Origin: Schmidtea polychroa
Lineage: Eukaryota
Length of the DNA: 64,000 bases
Direction of reading: 5' to 3'
NCBI GenBank assembly: GCA_044892525.1
Contig: CM097885.1
Coordinates: 50,346,001 to 50,410,000, forward strand
Within the stretch, counting starts at the first letter, position 1. Every line of letters begins with the position of its first letter. Below the pieces are notes generated by a model. The model had not been told where the DNA came from and made no database searches. It saw only the letters and a list, made by a program, of their open reading frames with translations. Shown here piece after piece: positions 26,901-41,900 of the stretch. A program made the translations under genes and the position numbers.

Positions 26901-29900
26901 AACTTTATCATTTAGAAAAATTGTTTCTTTTGATAAATCCAATGTTTTTGTTAAATTTCCATCAAATTTTACATTACTAATATCAGTTTCAAATTTAAAA
27001 ATGAAGTCTTTTTTAAGACCAATACTAGAAATAATATGCGAACAATTTTGAATTAGATAAACAATGTATGATTATATATAAGACATCCTAAAAAGTAAAC
27101 GTATATGACTGATCGAAAGGAAAAGTTACTTTAATTTGATATAGTGCTTCAGATCCTTTTCTTTCATATATCTAGGTTTTAGTAATTGTAATCAACGTTC
27201 CCTCTAAGCTGCTCGCGTGCGCGCGCAGCAAAATTATTTTCAGCGCAGTATATTTAATTCAACCGTTTCATGGCAGTTGTTCCTAGTAAAAAGCACACGG
27301 AAATTGTCGATGTAAATGGACCACCAGCAGCGAAGACCGGTTATCTACTTAGTTTTCAACATAGTCGCAACAGTTATAGAATACAGTGTTGACAATAATC
27401 TCAAATAGATCTGCGTGTGCCATTTTGACGCTCATTTGTATTTAAAGGCTGCTCAGCGCAGCTGACTTTGCGCGCACTGCTGCTTATGGCTTAGAGGGAA
27501 CATTGATTGTAATGTATCTTTTTCAGACTAGATACTTGTTTTTGAAAATCCAAATCTTTTTGCTATATGAAATACATGAAATGGTAAATAATAACATGTA
27601 ATGTATAGAAAATAATGACCAGCGTATAATATAACGTTATTATCACACGAATAACTCATATCACTTTCATCGTTTTCATTATCGATTATTTTTATATTTT
27701 GAAGTTGGCTCCTTCTTTTGTATGTAATTTTTGTATGGAAAGGGATTATACAAAATGTGAAATCTAAAAATGCAACTTTCCAATTACCATTCAAATAGAT
27801 TGGGTCTTACAGATTAATTATGAATTTGTCGACTTGTTTGTTACTTGTGGAATTGGAAAATATTTATTGTTGTAATAAAATATAAAATATACATGTATAA
27901 AATTATATTTTTTTGTGATAATATTACCTTAATTAACCTAAAACATTTAAAAATCTATTCTTTGTATACAATAAATCATTTCAGACTTTGTTAATTAGCA
28001 GTGCTCGAAGTGAGGCGGGATAGCCGGGATATTATCCCGACATTGATTATGTAGGCGGAATTGCATCCCGGCACTTCATTTCATATAATCTATAGGTTTA
28101 TCCCGGTACTTATTTCATTTTATAGGCACACAAATACTGCAATTAAGGTCACACACAGTACATCCATATATGTATGTATATATATATTCCTTATTCTCTA
28201 TAACACCCCCTGAAACTTATGATAAAATGGGTGGACACCCCCCCCCAAAAAAAAATTTGTTGGACACCCCCCAAAGTTTTGCAACACCCCAACTGAAAAT
28301 TTCTGCATAAAAGCCTGGAATCCCGGGTGCCACAGCATGCCTATCCCGGCACATATTTTGTTCCACTTCGAGCACTGTTAATTAGCATTAAATGTACTAG
28401 TTTATCACGTTTTGATCACGTCTGTCACTTGAAACCTTGTTTACAATGGAATTAGTATAAATATTTGGTTTAAATTATTACTGATTACACCTACAAATGA
28501 ATCATCAAATTTCAGGTTTACAATTACAATTTTTAATTTTTAATTTCTGTTCTAAATTTATTTCCAAACGCCTAAAATAACTTATCATATTTTGGATGAT
28601 TTTTAAAATTATTAATTATTTTATTTATATATCTTTTAAAATATTTTGACATTTTTTATTAAAATATAAAAGCTATTTACATATTTATTGCTTTCTTGAA
28701 AAATTTTAATAAATTAAAGAATAATGGTTAAAATACCTTTATATAATTACCAGGGCCGTGGAAAGCCTGGTCGGGCCCCAGTAAAATGATTAACGCGGGC
28801 CCTTTATTGATTGTACTTTATTGATTATTATAATATTTTTTTAATCTAAATTGTTGTGTTTTGTTTGTATGCAAGTATACTTTTGGTTGAACGGACAATT
28901 GGTTTTTTTGATGTGGAATATATTTGAAAATATTGAACATCAAATGAAAATTTGCACCTATTGATACGCGCCTCTTGGTTCAGGAATCGATCACTCGATT
29001 CCACAGCTCAATGGTCATAGGCAGCAGAATAGATCCAGCGCCCATGACAATTGAGCATTAGTATACACCGTTTACGCCATACCAAGTAGCAATCTTTATG
29101 GTTTTTGCTTTGTTCATGTTCGGATACACGATCATACGTTTTTGTACCCCTTTTCAGGTTTCCATCCTCCAGCTTTTGATAGAATAGATTTTTGACTCTC
29201 AGAAAGATCACAAAACAGTTGGCATGGTATACTGTAGAAAGATTAAGCAGTCTTACTAAAAACAAACCAATCTCTATCGATAAGACAACCAGTCTTCATT
29301 TTCTTTTTAAGTAAAACTTTTGGAAAATTTTTTGCCGTCTTTTTCAATTGGAAGATTTTCAAAAACTTTTTCAGGCTCTTTTGCAACTGCCTCTAAAAAA
29401 AGTTTTGAACGTTGAATGACTCGCAATGTTCCAATGTCAAAGTATCTTATATCAGTGACTTCATTATGATTTGCATCGATTTACGTTTCATAATCACCAT
29501 TTCCACTTGTTTTGCTGTTAGCCAAATTGTTATTTTCAGGATGTTTTTGCTGTTTATTTCTTTGGATCTTTGGTAATTTTAAATCCCAGAGAGTCTAATG
29601 TTTGTCTTCTTAAATTCGATTTTTCCTTCTTTTCTTTGGCAAGTTTTCGTTTTTGAGCTCGAGATTTATGCTGATCACTCATTTTTAGCTTTCGTTATCA
29701 ACAATAAATAATTAAATTATTTAATGCAAACAGTTAGCCAAATAGTAATATTAGAGATACTTACAAAATCTAAATTTCGATCGATTAAAATTGATTTATG
29801 AATATAAAAACCAAACTCATTTAATTTTTTTTCTGAAATATGGTTGTAATAGATTTACTTAGATTCAAGAGAAAGAAACTATAATTTTAAACTCTAGTCG

Positions 29901-32900
29901 ACACCATAAATTAAAAATATAACATCATAAAATTTAGTGTAGTCGAAAAAAAATCAGATTTAGTAGGGACAACAAAATCTGCTACTGAAACCTCACAGGA
30001 CAGCACATCACCATCTGCGGTTTTAGTAACGGATTTTTTTGTCCCTACTAAATCTGATTTTTTTTGACAACACCTTTGCAAATGAGAACAATAGACATGT
30101 TCTATGTTACTTATAATCTCTGGCCGACACCGACAATTTATCATTTTACATACACACAGGAAAAAAATCAGAGGTAAAAATTTGATGTTTAAAATAGAGT
30201 AAATACATCATTTCATAGTTGATTTGAATTTGAAAAAATTTAAAAATCGTCATTTAACAATAAATCAAAGGTGAATCCATCGAAAAATTTTTAAGATCAG
30301 AATCAACGGAAAAACCGTTGATTTACCATCCGAAAAGAAGTAAATCAACAGATGTAATTTTTGTGTGTGCAGTTTTCAAGTTTTTCGGTTACGAATAAAA
30401 ATTTTAGTGCACCCCTCGGGACCCCTTTCAAAACCGGGCCCGGAAAAAATACCCGTCTCCCCCCCTCTTCGGCCCTGATAATTATTAACATATTTTAGAA
30501 TAATTGTATTAAAATATTAAAATTATAGTATAATATATATGTCGCGAAAGTTAAATGACATCAAATAAATTAAATATTCAGAAATTAAACGACAATAATT
30601 ACCATAAGCAAAATTTGCACAGGTCCATACCATAAAACAATGAAATACCATTTGATTTTCTTCCACACTTTCAAGGTAATAGGATCATTGGAAAGCATAA
30701 AACTTATATCTGTGAAATTTCACTTCCTTTATACAACACGAGCATCATAATTGTTACCAATAGTGCGGTGCATAATTTCGTCCAGGAATTAGAGAATGTA
30801 TCAAAAATGTGAAACAAATATAATCCACCATTGGTGCTTAAAGGAATACTGGCAACAAAACCAACTAGGCATATCCCAATTGTAACAAATGCTTCTTTAT
30901 CGTAATTATCTTTACTAAATAATTCCAATATTGCTAGACTTATAATCCTTACAAATCCAAGAGCCGTGTCGAAACCTATCGTGACCAATAATAAATAATA
31001 AACAAAAGCAAAGAAATTTGAATTCGGAACCATAGATATTGCTTGCGGAACTGCAATAAATCCAACTCCTAAATCTTTACAAAAATAAATCCAAAATATA
31101 TTATTTTTTTATATTATAAATAAAATTCAACGCAAGTAGAAAGTAAAGGGAATGTCCTCGTAAAATACAAAATATTTAATTTTTCAATAAAATTAGACGT
31201 ACGTGTTATAGATGAGTGGAAAGTGGCACGAAACTTTGTAATAATTATATCATCGTAATAATTCAGTCATAGTAATTCATAGATTCCTCAACTAGTCGCT
31301 TTTATTTAGCATAAATATCAGGTTCTTCCGGTTTTTAGTTTAATATAAAAACAATAGAAAATCTAGACTAGTCAAATAAAAGGCAGTGCCGAAAATTTGT
31401 GAATATCAAAAACATCGATATATTTACTGATTCATTGTCAAGCTTATTAATAAATACATAGTCAAATAAAATATATAAATTATAATTGTTATGGTTGTAG
31501 TATTATTCAAAGTTGATTGTTATCTTTTAAAAATGATTTCTGTTTGGAAGATTTGTAGAACCCGATAGAGTCACCTATAAAAATATGTAGCAGGACAATC
31601 GGAGTGCGAGTATGTAATGCGTGTTACAATATATAAATAACAAACAAATAAACAATAACGGTTATGTAAAATTACAATTTTATTCAAAAATTATAAAAGA
31701 ATGTCACGTCCTTTGTTGTTGAACGTAGCATCTCTTTGGATTGTATTTTCTTTAATCCTGACAAATTGTCTTTAATCTTGATAAACTTTTGTATTGATTT
31801 TTTTTAATATTTTTAAAATTTTCAATTCTTTATAGTAAATTATTACTATAGAGAATTACTATATATATCCTTTGTTGGATCAAGGGGACCATTATTCGAA
31901 TTGGGTTAAATTGCATAATTTGTAATTACAATACAAAAATTATGCATAAAACATTCCCATAAAATTACAATAATGAATAAATAAGTTTTTAGTTACAAAG
32001 GCTAGGATCAGTCAGTTCCAATTTTTTGTCAAGAAAATTCAAGATAACTTTCATTTGGCTGTCTTATTAAGTATCGTCTTAAATTTTCTAAAAAAATTAG
32101 TTTATCTAAAGTTACATATATTTAATAAAATGCATTTTTATTAATTATCATTCAGTTTAGTTCGTTATTTTTTTTATTTATTTGACCGTACCACCTTGTC
32201 AGTACTATTTTGTCCGCCACTGATTAAAACAAATACCAGTCTATTTACCTATATACAACATTGAATATATACTTACAGTCTGGTTTATTTAATTTATTTA
32301 TTTATGTTAGACGCAATTAAATTCAAATATTCTTCCGACATTTATTTATAAATCACAATTTGAAATTCTCTCGTTCTTTCTGAAAACTTAAGCAGTTGAG
32401 ACGTAATAATTATTAACATCAATGGACCTTAAATATAATTATTTAAATTTAAAATACTTTAATATAATATATAATTTAATAGAGTTTTAAATATACAAAT
32501 TGAACACCAATAATTATTTCAACTAACTAATCACACTTTTAACATTAAAACTATATTATTTTTAAATACTAGTTTCCGAACTCTCTACAACTTCTATAAT
32601 AATTTTTAATTTTTAATTTTTAATTTTTGAATTTTGAAGTTTTTAGATTAACAGATTTATTTTTTATTTGATTGCGCTATTTATTTTTTACTTATGAACT
32701 ATGTATTTTAAGTTTAATGCTCAATAAAATTTCATATCCATCATTTGTATGTATATCAAAACTCTTTTTTTCATCAGTATTAATTTAAAAAATATTATCT
32801 TTAATCGTGATAAGCTTTCTTTAATCTATTTAATTTTCTGAATTGTAATTTTTATAATTGTAATCCGTTCGGTTTGATGATGTCGAAATTGACTCGTTTA

Positions 32901-35900
32901 ACTAGTTTGAATATTGAATATTAGTGAAAAATATTTTTATTTAATAATTCTGAAAATTAATGGTATACATATTTCGTAAAAATTATTTCGATCATTTGGC
33001 CATATTTTATATCTATTAAATTTTAAATTCTTCTTCAGCTGGATTTTAATTTATTGTAATTGTTGATTTAATATTACTACAGAAAACATTTAAAATATTA
33101 CTTTTAGTTTCTGTCAAGATGAGAAAATTAAATTTTTTAAAATCCAGGTAACCAAAATAAGCACTTGAAAAAATGCAAGCCAATATTGAAGTTGAGAAGT
33201 CAACGAACGTTATAATCAACGTGTTAACAAATAAATTTTCTTTAATTCTAAATAGATTTTGTTGTGGTTATTAAAATTAATAAAATTAAATAATTAAATC
33301 AAAATTTATTGAGTGAATATAAAATATAAAATAAAAATTTAATAATAATTCAAATCACTGGATTAAAACAAATTAAATATTAAATAATTAAATGGACTTT
33401 TTTTATATTTGAAAATTCTTTCATTTGTATTAAATATATTATTCACAGCAAAAGGCTTAAATTATCATTTAATTGTTTAACATTCAATTAATGCTGATAC
33501 CAAGAAATTATCACTTTAAAACAAATTAATTAGTCAAAATAATTGAGGAAATAGATTAAGTATTTGAAAAATATTTTAATTACAATTGCAAGAAATAATA
33601 GAAAATAACTATAAATCTCAAGATTTGAGTGAAAACAAGAAATAAAAAATGAATTTGGATTTTGGATTTTTGGAAATTGTTTATTTACCATTCGACATAA
33701 ACAAATAAAACATTTCGAATCTTTTCTTAACAAATTAGCGAGCCAGATAATTTTTTGCAAAATGTTTGAGCGTGTTACAAAATTAGAAATTTCTGCATTT
33801 ATTGTAATCTTTGTTACTATTAATAATATTTACTATCAAATTTTCTCTGCTAAGTTTTCCACCTTAGTTGAATATTTATATTATCTGTAAATTGGAACGT
33901 TTTCATAACTAATTAATAGAAATAAAGTTACGGAAGGACAGTTAAACGTTCGAAGTAACGATTCTTTTCACGTTCCATATACAGTTGCCGCCGCTTATTA
34001 TAATCACGGTTAATATTATCATTCGGCTAATGTTATCACTTTTACTAAGTCTCGCCCGCATATTCCGTTTTATATTGAAAATTATCTGCGTATTGTTATC
34101 AGAATCTATTAAAAGATTCGCTTATTCACTTTTTGAATTGAAAATATCAATTTAAACTCAATTAAAATCTTTAAATTCAATGTTTCATTGAAAAGATTTA
34201 TTGAGTTGCATTTACGTTCACTTTCTGTTTAATTTAAAGTGTTATAAAAATTTAAAACATTTTTCAACAAACAGAAATGTCCGAGAAACAGGAAAAAAGA
34301 AAAGACTTGACACTGAAGGAAAAGGTTCAAATTATTGATAACTATGACAAGTTACCAAAGATGGGCCATCGAAATGCATCTGTTCAATTAAAAATCTCTC
34401 AGCCTTAACTTTGTAAAATTCTTAAAAATCGAGATGAAATTTTGAGTGGAGCAAAACTAAATGAAAATTTAAGTCGTATGCAAAAACGGGTTGGAAAGGA
34501 TGCTCAGGTTGAATCTGCTTAAAAAATTTGGTTTACTCATGTTCGAGAAAATGGTGTACGTGTTGATGGGCCGCTGATGAGAAAGAAAGCTGAAGCGCTT
34601 GCCACTAGAATGGGAAAAGATGATTTTGTTGCTACAGATGAATGGTTTAATCGGTGGGGAAAAGGGAAAACATTGTTTACAAACGCGCTCATGGTGAGCA
34701 AAAAGATTCTGATTTTTTAGCAGCTGAAGCATGGCTCATTGGGGAGTGGCCAAAGATTATTGCAGAGTATTCACCGAATAGCTGTAGCGCACATATTGTT
34801 AAGGTCAATTTAAAACAGATCAAGGTGATCTTTTTACCAGCAAATACGACAACTTTGATTCAGCCCTGTGATCAAGGAATCATTCGAACACTGAAGGCAT
34901 ATTATCGAAGGAAAATGCGATCAAGAGTCTTGGAAAATATGGAGGATAGTCAAAAACTGACTGAAAATGAGTTAGCCAATAAAACAAACATTGTTGATGC
35001 TCTTCATCTTTTAGCAATGTCGTGGAAAAGTGAAAACACAATAAAAATTGCTTCAGTCATGGCGGGTTCACAACAGAAGACTTGGAATCAGAGGAAATTG
35101 TTGAAAACTGAATTGATCTATATGATGAAGCTTTTGAGGAATGGATGTTAATTGATCAAAACATACCAATTGCAGAAAAACTGACAGATTCGGAAATCTG
35201 TGACACAGTAACTCCGACTAGCTCAGCATTAATTAAGGACGAAGACGTAGATGAAGATGAAAGCCAAACGAACAACAAACCGCCGACTTCTCGTGAAATC
35301 AGAAATGCTCTACAAACTTTAAGACTGGGTGTACATCACAGATCTTCAGAATTTCACAAACATTATGAATATGAGGCTTTTATTAATAGTTTACTGAGAA
35401 AAGATACCAGGCAATCGTCTTTACATGATTTTTCTAAGCATTTTATGCATGTTGAGATTTCCGAATATAATGCATTGCTGCTTGTTTAATTAAAAATTTT
35501 TAAATAATGCATTTTTTTCGGTTATTGTTATCATTCGGATAATGTTATCAGTTTTATGTTGGGCCAAAGTGATTACAATAAGCGGCGGCCACTGTAATAT
35601 CTTTGCATTTTGATTTACTTTTTTTCTGTAACGAAAACATTTTTTGATTGATTAAAGATAAAATGAATTAATAATTAATTAATGTTGAATTAGTATTGGG
35701 GTCTCATAATATCAACTACTTAGATTTCAGATGAATATGTCAACTTTACTACTATTCAGAAGTAGCATCTTTCATTAGTTATTGATGAGGAAGGTGAAAT
35801 GTTTACTCAAATAAAAATGAAGCACTGTTAATTTAATCAACCAAGTCAATACTACAGAAATCTGAAGTAATGCGGAAGAAACAAGTTTTCTCTACCAAAT

Positions 35901-38900
35901 CTGTTTGATTATTCTAAAAGACCTAGAAAATATCATAAAAAGTCAGAATGAAAAACTATTATGCAGAATTCTAACCCGGTAAACTTAACTCTTCATCTAC
36001 TTCAAAAGATTATCAAAAAATAATTCGAACAATTCGTACACATATTGTTCCAGAATTCTGATAAACAAGAGTAAGTAAAAGAACTAGAAAATAAGAGGGA
36101 AGTTCAATACAAAGTCAATAAAATTTAACAATGAAATACGAAAAGGTCATTCTTAATTAATAAATGCAATTTAGAAACAAGATAAATAAATAAAAACAAA
36201 TTGAAGGGATCGATGACTTGTCCGAGATAACAAATAGATCACTGGAGGAATAAAATATTTCTTAAAATTATAAATCTCCACAGCTGCCTGAGATAATAGA
36301 AAAACTGTTGATGATCTAAGAGAATGGGATGGAAGTAGAAATAATCATCTGTAACTGTTATTGGATGGAAGACTATAAAAGTAAAAAAAATTTGGATTGA
36401 AGAACACAATTTTTAAAGAAAAAAAAAGGAGACGTAACTTTAAAAAGAAACGAACAAGAAAATAGAACAAATTATTAAAGTTATTAATCGTAAGTATCCA
36501 GTAATTTCAAGTTAAAGCCAGGAAGGCAAATATATCGATCCTACCGATTATTGAAACTAGAAATAGTAGTTAAGTGGTTGTGAACTCCGATTTTAATTAC
36601 AGATGTGCTATTCCTCCCTAAGGGTCGCAAAAACCAATCAAAGTCGTCGTTATATTGAATTATTGGTGTCGCTATAAATTGGTAATTAATTGTGTTGATC
36701 AATAAAAGTTTTTATTGTCCGGAATTCGTCATTGTTGTCAACTAATAAAATAAATGAAAATATTATTTAAAAATTTTTATCAAATTCAAGATCAACTTTT
36801 TCTTCATTCACTATTTGATAAAGATTCTTAAAGTAGTACAGAATGTAATTTATTAATCGGTTTTTAAGTTCAGAAGTATTCAGTAAACCCACCTCGAACA
36901 TTCAGTAGATTTAATATAAAAGATTTATATTCCACAAGTCATCCTGAATTTAAATCATCCTGAATTCTTATTACATATCCAAACGACAAATAATATGTTA
37001 ACATCAACTGATAAGAGGTTCACACGAAAAGATTTCAACACAGATTGTTGAAACACCGATTAAACCTCCCAAGAAGGTGAGAAGCCTGGAATCGAATAAT
37101 TTGCTTTTTTTACCTCGCTGCCTTTTAAAGAAAGTTAAAGTAGTAACTCAAAAAGCTGTTACCAATAGCACTTTTGAGATAAAATAACAAGTTTTAACTG
37201 TTTCAACTTTGACCTTCATACCTCAAGAGTTGGTACTTCCAGTTTTTCGTTTCTTTAAATGACAATTGTAATGGCATATATTACGTTAAGATACAGTGAG
37301 CAAAAAATTATGGAAACATGAGATAGAAATTTGTTTCTTTTTTAAACATTTTGTTCTATTAATGCTTAGAATCCTATCCTTTTATATACAGACACAGTTT
37401 TATGTGGGCTTTCAAATGTTACTATTTGTGAAACAATATGATGTTTTTAAGACTATATTTTTATTACTATTTTGTAAACATACTTTTGAATCAAAAAAGT
37501 ATGGAAACATTTAAAATTTCTATGATTTTGTTTAAATGCATCAATGCATCAATTGTACATGTGTTTCTGGAATTTTCTACGACAGTATAAAAGTAGCATT
37601 GATCATTTCATTTTGTTGGGTTTTAGATTACTTTAAGTCGGTTCCCTCTGACTCCTAGTATTCTTTAAATCAAAACAATGAACGACCCAACGTATATTGA
37701 AACAACAGGTTCACAATTTATTATCACCACTTTACCATTACTAATCAAAGTTTTATACGATTCCCCGCTCGGCGTTGATGCTTTGCAAACAGATAATATT
37801 CACCTTTTATTCCTTTAAATTCTCGACCCACGTTTTCCTCGGTTTCGGTTTGATTTGATTTTTTGTTCACCTTTCCGTATTCCTAATTCTATTTCTTCTT
37901 TTCCCTACTTTCCCTAATTCGTTTTAGTCTTTTCCTAAGCTCTGTTTCTTCCAACCTTAGCTGAGGCAAAATGCCGATTTTCTCTGATTTTCCCTTTCCT
38001 TGTATACTCCTCGAAATCAGGATGACAAATGGTTATTGCTGAGCCAATCTTTCATTTGACATTTGCTCCTACGTATTTGCTTCGGCTGTCACCCATAATG
38101 GTCCAACGAATCCAGATAATTAATGGCCCTTCCGGTCTTCCTACGCGCGCTATCTTCTCCTTGCTCTTTTCCCATTAATCATTGTGTCAAGCTAATGGGC
38201 CCAAATCTTCCTTCTGTTTGCTTTTCTTCTTGGTTACCCAGCTCGGGTTTCCTTTATCTCTCGGGTTCTCCATTGGCTCGGGTTTCCCATTAGCTCGAGT
38301 TTCCCATTAGCCAATTAATTAATTAATTAACGTTTTCTGTTTTCATACATTTGAATGCTTTTCGACCCTTCCTAACCATTTTCTGATAAATCCCTAATCA
38401 TCATCTTGTTGACCATTAGCTAATCTATACCTGTCCCGTTTTTCCCATTCGATTTCGATGATTTTTCCATTTATTGATTTTTCTCGGATTTCCGGATTCT
38501 TGCCTTTCCTAATTGCTTTTGGCATTTTCTAATACTGTTTCCATCACACTTTCCTTTACTATTGATTCTGTGCATGATCCCGCTTTTATTTGTCTTTTTT
38601 TCTTCGCTTACTTTCTATTTGAATTATTAGCCTAAATTTCATTTAAATTTTAATTTAATTTACGGACCTCAACAATTTCTATTCCGAACGAACTTTCTTT
38701 ACAACTCAGCAGTCTCATACCTACAAGAAAATATTTGTCAGGCAATATTTGAGAAAGGATGGTGGAAGGAAGGAAGAACATTGACATTGCGAAGGCTTTT
38801 GCAGTGCAGTGCCGTACTGTGACTAAAGTTATTAAAAAATACCAAAACTGTGGAAGTGTTCAAGATGCAAAAAAATGTGGAAGACCTCGCAAAACAGACG

Positions 38901-41900
38901 AACACATGGATCGAACCATCGTGAAAGAGACCAAGAAAAACTCATTCACAACTGCCAAAGCCATTTAAGGTAACTTCAACCTCCATCACTTGAACAAATA
39001 AACTATTCAAAACAGACTGATGAGCGTTGGGGTTCATGCACGCAACCCTACAAAAAGGCATTGATTTCTACTAAGAATCGTCGGGAAAGAATTGCTTTTG
39101 CCAAAAAGCACATTGGCTCGACTTCACAGTAATGGTCTACTGTACTCTGGTCTGATGAATCAAAACTCAATCTTTTTGGTGTCAATGGCCAATGTAAAGT
39201 TTGGCGCCCAAATCGAGAAAAGTACAATTCTCTGTTCCGAAAACCAACTGTCAAGCACAAAGGTTGCAATGGTTTCGTTTGAGGAGCTTTCTCGAGATCT
39301 GAAAAAGGTCCACTAACACAGATCACCGACATCATGGACAGATGTGTGTATCATGACATCCTTGAAAAGGCAATGTTGCCATATGCCAGGGTAAGAATGC
39401 CTCATAAATGGAAATTTCAACAGGACAACGATCCGAATCATTCCTCAAAAGTCCTAAAAAGTGCTTCGTGAAGAAAAAGGTCGATGTCCTGAAATGGCCA
39501 TCACAATCGCCGGATCTTAATCCAATCGAGCATCTTTGGATGAGATGGGTAGATGTTTCTCATTTCTCAAACGCGAATCAGTTGTATGATAAATTTCAGG
39601 AAATTTTGTCTGAGATTCCTGTTAGTATTTGTGAGCACCTTGTAGGCTCAACGCCATACCGTTGTCAGACAGTTTTGTATTTTAGTGGATGTCTTGTTGA
39701 CATTGTCATTTGCTCAGTATTTATTCTGTATTTATTCAGTACAAAGAAAATAAAAAAGATATTTCAATATTTATTGATTCAAAATTTGGATTTTTTTTTA
39801 AACAAATTACGAAAAGGGTGTCAAAATTTGCCCACATAAAACTGTACCAAAAAGCACTAACGGAAATATTCATGGCATTCGCAAAATAAAATGATAAAAG
39901 AAGAAACAAATTTCTATCTTATGTTTTCATACTTTTTTGTTCACTGTATATAGTTGACTATATATAGTTGAAGGAATTATTTCTTTGATTTGAAATATTA
40001 ATCTTCTGTCAGTTTTTCTTCATTAATTGGGTCAAGACATTCTACATTCTCATCGATATATATACATAATTTTCAAAATCAAAGTCTAAATCCTTTGAAA
40101 ATAGAATTGGTGTCGTCAAACCTTCTATTGCTCTGACTTCATAAAATTGCCTTGTTAAAGCAATTTAAAATAATTTCAAGTGTTACCATCAACCAGGCTT
40201 CCCTTATCAAACAAATAGCTGACAATAAATTAATATTACAAGCTAAAAGTAGGGTCAAAATTTCAGTTTATGTAGTTCCAAGTAATGCAAGAAGTTTTAT
40301 TACTATGATTGCTTTGCTTGAGCATTACAAGCTGAAACGATCTCTAATTTAGTTCTCGATTTTAAATCTGTTCCCTTGCATTTTTTTATATCAAAGAAGA
40401 TCTTTTTCAGTTTATAAAAATCAATTTTTTTAAAGATTCAAATAAAAATTAATATTTTGGCGATTAAATAAACAAATTAAAACAAACGATTAAATAGGCG
40501 ATTAAATTTATTTAATAATATTACTTTGTTTTTTTCAAAAAAAATTAATAAATGGATCGTTATTTCTTAATTTCGTTATAATTAGTGATATTAAGCGAGG
40601 GGGAAATAAGTGGATCGGATTGTAATTTGGTTTTGTCAAAAGATTGGTTGATATTAACAAAACTGTGATATTAAACACCATTATAATTGGGAAATTGTAT
40701 TAAGATGATAAATGGATCGGGCTTTCTTGATTTCATGGTAATAAGCAGAACGTCATTAAGTGAGATAATAATAAACGAATTTCACTGTATTATTGAAAAG
40801 TCTCTGAGATATAATTACTTTCAACAAAAATAACAATAAAGAAGTATATTCAGGTCTTTGAAATTTCTCACAGCTTTAAGGGATTTTGAAATTTCTGCAT
40901 ATTTTAGTAAATTATTTGACTTACTGACAAAAGCTTGAGAAAGATATGATTCCACCTTCAGCAATACTTAATACTAGAATGATTTGAATTGCAGCATCTG
41001 CCCACATTTCCATATTATCTACATTGGATACCCGTAGAAAGGTTTTCAATCCGTTGAGAGATCCTTCGAGCGAAATCGAATGAATAATTAATATGACAAT
41101 TGCTACGTAAGGAATTGTTACAGTAAAATAAACCACCTAAATTATTTCAGTAATTAAAATTGCAAAGTCAGTTTACTAATGAATTTTGTAAACAATTTGA
41201 AGAAACTCATTATTTTTAAATAAAATTATTTAATTAACACTTTCAGTGCCAAAGACAAATTGGTATTTGTGAATATGCTATTGTCAGACATATTGACCTG
41301 GCAAGTTTATATTTGGAAAAAAAAGTCCATGACAGGCAAATCGACCTCACACTGACCAGGTTAAAAAGTGCGTAGTCGGAAAATTCTTAAATAAAGTGCT
41401 AAGAAAAAGTTGAAGAAAAAGTATTGATATGGTATTGATTTTTAGATGCATTATATAATATTCAACCAAAACATTTTTAATCCAAAAATTATCATATCTT
41501 GGTTGATTCATGTTGAGTACTTGATTATTGATCTCGATTTTTTGAAATAAAATTTTTATTAAAAATATATCCACTAAAATATATTTTTTTAATATAATTT
41601 ACCTTCTCACATTTGACCAAGAACTGTGTGATCCTCTGCTGCAATAGAAAATCCCTTTGAACTTGAGCAGCAGGGAGAGGGGAGAGGGGAAGGAGTACAC
41701 TGGTTGGTCGTGCTGCAGAGGGACATTAACTACCTACTTAGAAATAAGTAAAAAAAAACTACTAAACGAAATAAAAAAAGAAATTCCTAAATGATGAGAT
41801 TTGTCGATATTATCATTGTTAAATTTTTTGAACAACCCAAATTGTTTTCATTTGGACGAATCACAAATTTCTTTTCACAATTCAAAAACTTAAAAGTGAA

